IMG/VR virus record: IMGVR_UViG_3300013126_000037
Location: 1 to 57,240 of that record
Length of the DNA: 57,240 nt
Origin: a virus
Lineage: Duplodnaviria > Caudoviricetes
Direction: 5' to 3' (one strand)
Shown here in pieces: positions 35,319 to 40,688 of this stretch; the stretch's first letter is position 1; every line of letters begins with the position of its first letter. The notes beneath the pieces were generated by a model. It ran no database searches. It worked only from the letters and a program-made list of their open reading frames with translations, and was not told the origin of the DNA. Made by a program: the position numbers and the translations under genes.

Positions 35319-35494
35319 GTGTAATCACTATTAATTACACTTTATAAGTACACATCGGACAATCTGCTATACCGTAGCCAACCCATACCTGCGAGGTTGA
35401 TGTAGTTTGTTTGCTTTGACTATGTTGGCAATACTAGCGTGGTGTGTTTGTGGTTTGCCGCACAGGCAAAAAAAGTGGAGGGCCGAAGCCCTCC
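35319..35494 (-). promoter_or_regulatory. Cassette repeat R3
   Basis: ACAC 35337, boxes 35386 and 35432, cTTCGg terminator. Confidence 0.85.
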
Positions 35495-35497
35495 TAA

Positions 35498-35818
35498 TTA
35501 CGCTACTACGTAGAACGATGTGTACGACGGTTCGCCGATGTCGTCTGCAAACCGTTGTACTAATGCCTCCCATGCCTTGGTTTGCTCAGGTTCCCACTTT
35601 CCGGGACCGGTGCGATACCCAAGCAGGACGCGAACATCAAGTAACTGAAAGTTACCTTCGTCACATTCTAAAGCGTCTTGAACCTCTGAAAGAATACGGG
35701 TTGCTTCCGAAGGCTTTAGAACCTTTTCTTTTACGAGAATATCTACCCAGTCAATAAATGATTCACCTGTAACTGATGCAAATGTGGTTTTTTGTAATCC
35801 ACGTGGTCTGATTTCCAT
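35498..35818 (-). CDS. Hypothetical protein (cassette cargo)
   Basis: RBS GGAGG; start directly follows the upstream stop. Confidence 0.7.
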   Translation of the reverse strand: MEIRPRGLQKTTFASVTGESFIDWVDILVKEKVLKPSEATRILSEVQDALECDEGNFQLLDVRVLLGYRTGPGKWEPEQTKAWEALVQRFADDIGEPSYTSFYVVA

Positions 35819-36049
35819 CTAATCCTCCAATACTGCGTTAACACGTTCCGCTATTTCATCCCATTGTGCGTGCCACAAAAGATGATTAAAGATACTGTGA
35901 AGGGCTGTGCCCTCAGTCATCTTGCCGTCAAAGTCTTCATACACGAATTCCCTGCACCATTCTGCGGTAACAGGTTCTTTCGTTTCTTCTACCTGTAGCA
36001 CCATGCTGTCGCCGTACCACAGCCACAGCTCCTGTGAAATCCATTCCAT
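35819..36049 (-). CDS. Acidic, Trp-rich 76-aa protein (cassette cargo)
   Basis: Start at ATG 36049 after the GGAGG of R4; ends WDEIAERVNAVLED. Confidence 0.7.
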   Translation of the reverse strand: MEWISQELWLWYGDSMVLQVEETKEPVTAEWCREFVYEDFDGKMTEGTALHSIFNHLLWHAQWDEIAERVNAVLED

Positions 36050-36053
36050 GATA

Positions 36054-36229
36054 GTAACCCTCCATTGGTTACACTTTATTTGTACACTTCCACACGTACC
36101 GCTAACTGTAGCCAACCCATACTTGCGAGGTGTGTGTAGTTTGTCCTGGTTGACTATGTTTGCAGTACTAGCGTGGTGCTTGTGTGCTTCGAGGTCAATG
36201 CACAAAAAAAGAGGGGCTTTCGCCCCTCT
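36054..36229 (-). promoter_or_regulatory. Cassette repeat R4
   Basis: ACAC 36071, boxes 36120 and 36166, GAAA-loop terminator. Confidence 0.85.
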
Positions 36230-36232
36230 GAT

Positions 36233-36670
36233 TCAAACGTACTTTGTGATTTTCACGCCGCCACGTTTACCAAAGTGTACTTTGAAATCAGGACAACCGT
36301 ATTCTAGATTGTCTGGGTTCATGTAGTACACTTCAAACGACGCACGGGTGTCCACGCAGGGATAACGGCGCTGATTATTTATGCGCTCTTGCAATTCCGC
36401 CTTGATTGCCTTGACGCTAGTAAATACCTCAAAGCCATCAAACGCATAATAATGTTCATTGACAAAGCGTGCGTAGAAATACGCAGGACGTCTTGTTGGC
36501 TTTATAACACGTTGCGTCAAGGTTTCGTAAATATACGCAGGATATGCCTTCATGCTGCGGCTCCTGTTAGCGTTGACGCCTAACGCGCAACGCATTGCGT
36601 TGCTAAACGATAGGAATTCCCCGTGAACGTACGTCTCACCTAAAGGTGAACGTTGTTTTACCTGATACAT
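36233..36670 (-). CDS. Hypothetical 145-aa protein (cassette cargo)
   Basis: Start at ATG 36670 after the GGAGG of R5. Confidence 0.7.
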   Translation of the reverse strand: MYQVKQRSPLGETYVHGEFLSFSNAMRCALGVNANRSRSMKAYPAYIYETLTQRVIKPTRRPAYFYARFVNEHYYAFDGFEVFTSVKAIKAELQERINNQRRYPCVDTRASFEVYYMNPDNLEYGCPDFKVHFGKRGGVKITKYV

Positions 36671-36674
36671 GATA

Positions 36675-36850
36675 ATAACCCTCCAATGGTTACACTTTAT
36701 ATGTACACTTGACGCAGTGTAGCCAACCAAAGCCAACCTGTACCTGCGTGAGTTATGTAGTTCGTTTGGTTTATCTAATATGCCAATACTAGCGTGGTGC
36801 GTGTGTGGCCCGGATCCCGGGCATAAAAAAACCCGAGGTTTCCCTCGGGT
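36675..36850 (-). promoter_or_regulatory. Cassette repeat R5
   Basis: ACAC 36692, boxes 36741 and 36787, ACCCGAGG-GAAA-CCTCGGGT terminator with T-run. Confidence 0.85.
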
Positions 36851-36905
36851 CTGCATACATCGGTAGCCGGGAGTATCACCAGTAGCAGCTACCTGATTAT
36901 GCATA

Positions 36906-37127
36906 TTAGAACAAACTCATAATGTCGTCGTCTACGCCGTCTTGCTCGGACATAGCGTGTTCAGCTGCGTCGCGCACGGCTTGCTTCCAGAACTCAGCGT
37001 CCTCGGGTTCAGGACTGTAATAATCCCAGAGGTCCACGTCAGCCAAGTCGTCGAGTCCAACGCCGATACGGCGTGCAATGTAGTTCGAGACCCGTGTCCA
37101 GAACTGGTCGAATGTCATGCTAATCAT
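36906..37127 (-). CDS. Small highly acidic protein (cassette cargo)
   Basis: 73 aa, about 17 D/E versus 5 K/R; RBS supplied by R6. Confidence 0.75.
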   Translation of the reverse strand: MISMTFDQFWTRVSNYIARRIGVGLDDLADVDLWDYYSPEPEDAEFWKQAVRDAAEHAMSEQDGVDDDIMSLF

Positions 37128-37131
37128 GATA

Positions 37132-37305
37132 GTAAGCCTCCATCGCTTACACTATATAGGTACACTTCCACGTGTACCGCTAACTGTAGCCAACCCATAC
37201 CTGCGTGGTTTATGTAGTTTGTTTGGTTAAGGCTATTTTGCAGTACTAGCGTGGTATGTGTGTGGCCCGGATGCCGGGCATAAAAAAAGGAGGCCGAAGC
37301 CTCCT
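37132..37305 (-). promoter_or_regulatory. Cassette repeat R6
   Basis: ACAC 37149, boxes 37198 and 37244, cTTCGg terminator. Confidence 0.85.
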
Positions 37306-37309
37306 AAAA

Positions 37310-37426
37310 TTAGAACTCAAAGTCCACGAGGTAAACCCCGTTGGACACGCACCACATCCAACACAGTCCGATGGTTATAAAGATTGCCACCATTAGGGCA
37401 TCCCACAATCTAATCTTCGTCTTCAT
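37310..37426 (-). CDS. Small membrane protein, 38 aa (cassette cargo)
   Basis: ATG 37426 with RBS GGAGG; one hydrophobic helix. Confidence 0.6.
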   Translation of the reverse strand: MKTKIRLWDALMVAIFITIGLCWMWCVSNGVYLVDFEF

Positions 37427-37655
37427 CGCTAAATACCTCCTCCTGACACACCGGGCAAAAACCCGACATGAAGAATTCTCGAGCAGTAATCTCGAGGTGC
37501 TGCGGAATACTGTTATTCCATCGCATTGCCACGTGGTCATCTTCGCTAACAACAACCTTCACCTTGTCGCCACACAGCACACACGGCGCACTGTATTCGA
37601 CATCTGTTGACATAATGGATGCATCGCGTACGGTGCATAACTCAAAGTAACGCAT
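37410..37655 (-). CDS. Small zinc-finger-like protein (cassette cargo)
   Basis: ATG 37655; CVLC...REFFMSGFCPVC; acidic tail. Confidence 0.75.
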   Translation of the reverse strand: MRYFELCTVRDASIMSTDVEYSAPCVLCGDKVKVVVSEDDHVAMRWNNSIPQHLEITAREFFMSGFCPVCQEEVFSDEDED

Positions 37656-37659
37656 GATA

Positions 37660-37834
37660 GTAAGCCTCCATCGCTTACACTCTATAAGTACACTTGACGC
37701 AGTAGCACCAACTATACCAAACCTATACGTGCGAGGACTATGTAGTTCGCCCTGGTTGGTCATATTGCAGTACTAGCGTGGTGTGTGTATGCTCCGCTTT
37801 TTTGGACAAAAAAAGTGGAGGGCCGAAGCCCTCC
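37660..37834 (-). promoter_or_regulatory. Cassette repeat R7
   Basis: ACAC 37677, boxes 37726 and 37771, cTTCGg terminator. Confidence 0.85.
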
Positions 37835-37837
37835 GAG

Positions 37838-38020
37838 TCAATCCTTCTTTGTTAGGTGCTCGTGAATCTCGGGTATATACCCGATAGTCCACGCTACAAC
37901 AATGGACGCCAAAAACGAAGCGTACCAGAAGTACGACTTGAAGCCCCCGGCGAACATCAGCGATACGACGGCGTGAATAAACGCCACAGCGAATACACCC
38001 AGCAAAAGTCCTTTTTTCAA
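37838..38020 (-). CDS. Two-helix membrane protein, 60 aa (cassette cargo)
   Basis: TTG start with RBS GGAGG, preceded by a strong GTTCCCCGG/CCGGGGAAC hairpin. Confidence 0.65.
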   Translation of the reverse strand: MKKGLLLGVFAVAFIHAVVSLMFAGGFKSYFWYASFLASIVVAWTIGYIPEIHEHLTKKD

Positions 38021-38066
38021 GGCAAAACCTCCGTTCCCCGGTTTCCCGGGGAACTGTCACAAACCC

Positions 38067-38267
38067 CTACGATGCTTGACGAATGACAGCCCTGACAAAG
38101 TTTGTCAGGTGGTGAAGGGTACACATCTCGCTGTCAAACTCGAAGCACCCTACGCTGTCAATATCTACGGTTGTTATCCCGTTTTTATCGAGTTCGACTT
38201 CGCAGTCGTACCCTTCAAAACGAAACTCAATCCGTAAGAATCCGTTTTGACGATATGAATACGTCAT
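38067..38267 (-). CDS. Hypothetical 66-aa protein (cassette cargo)
   Basis: RBS GAAAGGA; first gene after R8. Confidence 0.7.
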   Translation of the reverse strand: MTYSYRQNGFLRIEFRFEGYDCEVELDKNGITTVDIDSVGCFEFDSEMCTLHHLTNFVRAVIRQAS

Positions 38268-38290
38268 ATTCGATTCCTTTCACAAAACAA

Positions 38291-38467
38291 TGTAGGCAAT
38301 CCCGCCATACACTTTATAAGTACACTTGACGCAGTGTAGCCAACCAGAGCCAACCTATACGTACGAGGTGTATGTAGTTTGTCCCTATTGACTAGATCCG
38401 CATTACTAGCGTGGTTGTGAGATGCTCCACGCTTTTAGGCAAAAAAAGTGGAGGGCCGAAGCCCTCC
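38291..38467 (-). promoter_or_regulatory. Cassette repeat R8
   Basis: ACAC 38309, boxes 38358 and 38404, cTTCGg terminator. Confidence 0.85.
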
Positions 38468-38481
38468 GCCTCTAGGTTTCC

Positions 38482-38577
38482 CTAGAGGTTAATGACGATG
38501 AAGGCGCCGATAAGCGCCGTTGCCACTGCAAGGGCAATTACCGTTGCAGTGGTGGTGCGAATAGTTATACTTTTCAT
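38482..38577 (-). CDS. Small membrane peptide, 31 aa (cassette cargo)
   Basis: ATG 38577 with RBS AAAGGAG; MKSITIRTTTATVIALAVATALIGAFIVINL. Confidence 0.55.
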   Translation of the reverse strand: MKSITIRTTTATVIALAVATALIGAFIVINL

Positions 38578-38600
38578 ACCATTCTCCTTTCTAAAAGATT

Positions 38601-38618
38601 GGAGGGCCGAAGCCCTCC
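38601..38618 (-). terminator. Isolated copy of the repeat's cTTCGg hairpin (weak terminator or processing/stability hairpin)
   Basis: GGAGGGCCGAAGCCCTCC, identical to the R3/R7/R8 stem but with an interrupted T-tract and no boxes. Confidence 0.55.
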
Positions 38619-38620
38619 GT

Positions 38621-38890
38621 TCAGACAACGACACGACGGTACGATATGTACATCGTGTACCGCCCGTCGTAACTTTGGAGCCATGCCTTAGCATGACGCC
38701 AATTCCCGCCGTACTTGACGACGTGCCATTCCTCACGATTGAATCTCGGGAGGATGAGAAAAGCGGAGTCAATCGCTTCACCCATGTACACGTGCAACGA
38801 CTCAGTTTGCAGCGCCCATTCCTGACGCTTTGAAACAACGATGTCGCCAAACATATTGGCGACCTTGACTGTAATGACTTCATTCGTCAT
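38621..38890 (-). CDS. Hypothetical 89-aa protein (first cassette cargo)
   Basis: ATG 38890 after the AGGAGG of R9. Confidence 0.7.
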   Translation of the reverse strand: MTNEVITVKVANMFGDIVVSKRQEWALQTESLHVYMGEAIDSAFLILPRFNREEWHVVKYGGNWRHAKAWLQSYDGRYTMYISYRRVVV

Positions 38891-38895
38891 GATTC

Positions 38896-39015
38896 GTAAC
38901 CTCCTAGTTACACCTATAACGTACAAATAACGCAGTATCGCCAACCGAAGACACACCCTACCTGCGAGGGGGAAGTAGTTTCACCTTCCCCTTTATATAC
39001 ACGCTACCTGCGTGG
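38896..39015 (-). promoter_or_regulatory. Cassette repeat R9 (array-leading copy, no terminator)
   Basis: ACAC 38910, TACCTGCG boxes at 38959 and 39005. Confidence 0.8.
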
Positions 39016-39036
39016 CAGTCAGACACTCCATGCATG

Positions 39037-39138
39037 CCCCCTGCCTCCTCCTACCCCCTCCCCCTCCCCCGTACACCAATACACCCCCTATATGGCAAGC
39101 CCCCTACCCCATGTAATCCATTAATCCTCCCCGCCCCC
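39037..39138. other. C-run tract (G-runs on minus strand) at the divergence point of the two genome arms
   Basis: Nine runs of 4-5 C in about 100 bp of non-coding DNA. Confidence 0.7.
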
Positions 39139-39202
39139 TACAGAACATATTTTCTCCAGCCCTCCTCTACCGACGTAGAATATACTATACCTGCCAAATG
39201 TT

Positions 39203-39231
39203 TTGCACTTACACACAAAGAAATGTATAGT
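39203..39231 (+). promoter_or_regulatory. Sigma70-like promoter of the rightward arm
   Basis: TTGCAC-N17-TATAGT, followed by RBS GGAGG and ATG 39249. Confidence 0.75.
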
Positions 39232-39248
39232 AGTAGTGGAGGTTTGTT

Positions 39249-39488
39249 ATGAAGAAAGTTGATTTACGGTCGGAGTACGACCAGATTCTTAGTGATATGC
39301 TGCTGATGCAGTATCGGGTTGAGGTTTTTCGTCGTCGTATGCAGGTTGAGCATAGTGTTAGTTGCAGTCAGGTGAGTTTGGCTATTGACGAGTCTGTTGA
39401 AGAGTTGACTGACCTTGGGACTAGACTTTGTTTGGCTCCTGTAGTGAAGAAGTCGTGGTGGGAAATTGAGTTTAAGCAACGCTCGTAG
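39249..39488 (+). CDS. Hypothetical protein
   Basis: RBS GGAGG; first gene after the promoter. Confidence 0.7.
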   Translation: MKKVDLRSEYDQILSDMLLMQYRVEVFRRRMQVEHSVSCSQVSLAIDESVEELTDLGTRLCLAPVVKKSWWEIEFKQRS

Positions 39489-39759
39489 CATTGGGTCGGT
39501 TTGTAAGCGTGATAAGCGAAGGCGTGAATATCGTCCAGCTGTGCGTTTGCTCGATCACATATCGCAATCTACCCAGGAAGTGATTTGGGTTTGGTATAAG
39601 GCAGGTGTTAGTCGTCGAAAAATGAGCGAGGCACTGCTTAAATTAGGTGTGCCTAGTCCTCCGATGAAAGTGCCGTGGGGTGATAGTGCAATCCGTGTTG
39701 TTGTAGAGAAGTATAAGAGGCTGGAGGCGGCTAATGGATCGGCGGAAGAAGTTAACTGA
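39466..39759 (+). CDS. Small basic protein resembling the DNA-binding 'recombinase' domain of large serine recombinases (no catalytic domain)
   Basis: 'GVSRRKMSEALLKLGVPSP....WGDSAIRVVV' pattern. Confidence 0.5.
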   Translation: MSLSNARSIGSVCKRDKRRREYRPAVRLLDHISQSTQEVIWVWYKAGVSRRKMSEALLKLGVPSPPMKVPWGDSAIRVVVEKYKRLEAANGSAEEVN

Positions 39760-40105
39760 CGAGCAGGTTGCTGAGATTCGTGCGTTGTTTGCAGCTGGTG
39801 ACACGGGTGAGGCTATCGCCAGGCAATATGGAATAAGCCCCACTCATGCGTTCAACATCAAGAATAACCAGAAACGTTGTGTAAAGTCTGGCTTCGCAAA
39901 TGTGAGTAGGGCGTTTGCGTGGTTGCTTAAGGGATATTCTGTAAAGCGTGAGTGCTGGGAGGACGATGAATACCTGCGGTATGACAATCAGTCTCATATG
40001 TTTGTTATGACGTCAGGTGATGACACTTGGCAGTTTGATGTGTTTGAAATCGGCGGTATGGACTTATCTGTACACGATTGGAAGCGAGTAAATAATGAAG
40101 GATGA
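39734..40105 (+). CDS. HTH fused to a DUF2829/Tad2-like domain
   Basis: N-terminal 'KLTDEQVAEIR....G.....IARQYGIS......I'; C-terminal 'F.....A...LLKG.SVKR..W......Y...DLSVHDW'. Confidence 0.6.
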   Translation: MDRRKKLTDEQVAEIRALFAAGDTGEAIARQYGISPTHAFNIKNNQKRCVKSGFANVSRAFAWLLKGYSVKRECWEDDEYLRYDNQSHMFVMTSGDDTWQFDVFEIGGMDLSVHDWKRVNNEG

Positions 40106-40331
40106 TGAGATTCCACGTAACTACGACCAGATTGCGGAAGAGTTTTCCAAGTTGGTGAAAGAGGCTCGTACGTCAGGCATTGATGTACTGCTTGTGATGC
40201 GTGAGTCTAGTATGTTTTCGCAAGCAACGAGGGTGTCGTTTTCAAGGAACTGCGATGATATCCTGGCATATGGATTAATCCAGTTTGCGTTTGAAACGGT
40301 TGGTGCGTGTGGGCATTTGGAGGAAGAGTAA
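40095..40331 (+). CDS. Hypothetical protein
   Basis: Overlap-coupled 78-aa ORF. Confidence 0.6.
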   Translation: MKDDEIPRNYDQIAEEFSKLVKEARTSGIDVLLVMRESSMFSQATRVSFSRNCDDILAYGLIQFAFETVGACGHLEEE

Positions 40332-40682
40332 GTGACAAAAGCAACGTTGTATCAGTACAAGTTGAAGAATATCTCCGTGGTAGATGGAGACACGTTGAAG
40401 GCTGACGTAGATCTTGGGTTTGGTGTTGTTTTGGCAAGCAAAAAAATACGTCTAGCGCACATCAATTGCCCAGAGAAAAACACCGATGAAGGTCAAGAGG
40501 CTCGGTGGCATACAGAATCTCTGGTGCTTGGCATGGAAGATGTCGTCGTGGTCGTCAAGAACCATCGTGAGGATAAGTATGGACGCATTCTTGGTGATGT
40601 ACTAGTTGCTGGACATGACCTGGCTACCATGATTAAAGAAGATGGCCATGGTGTTGACTACGAGGGTGGAAAGCGAGCGTGA
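40332..40682 (+). CDS. Thermonuclease (SNase-like) family nuclease
   Basis: VVDGDT, IRL..INCPE, DKYGRILG motifs. Confidence 0.9.
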   Translation: MTKATLYQYKLKNISVVDGDTLKADVDLGFGVVLASKKIRLAHINCPEKNTDEGQEARWHTESLVLGMEDVVVVVKNHREDKYGRILGDVLVAGHDLATMIKEDGHGVDYEGGKRA

Positions 40683-40688
40683 TAGCAA

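Noticed and set aside
35819-38956. Long N-terminal extensions in track ORFs (36205, 36904, 37763, 38883, 38956 starts) with similar 'HHAS...ELH.PR.Y.LA.V' peptides
   Set aside because: These are translations through the non-coding repeat. The real starts lie just after the GGAGG in each element, so the apparent paralogy is an artefact.
33563-39015. CRISPR array reading of the regularly recurring repeats
   Set aside because: Repeats are ~175 bp and degenerate, the intervals are 280-830 bp and contain ORFs with RBSs, and no cas genes are recognisable.
33563-39015. Classical integron with attC sites
   Set aside because: No tyrosine integrase in the window, I see no consistent RYYYAAC...GTTRRRY ends, and each unit has its own promoter and terminator, unlike typical promoterless integron cassettes.
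39034-39252. 72-aa Pro-rich ORF
   Set aside because: Product of the C-run tract; no RBS, and it overlaps the predicted promoter.
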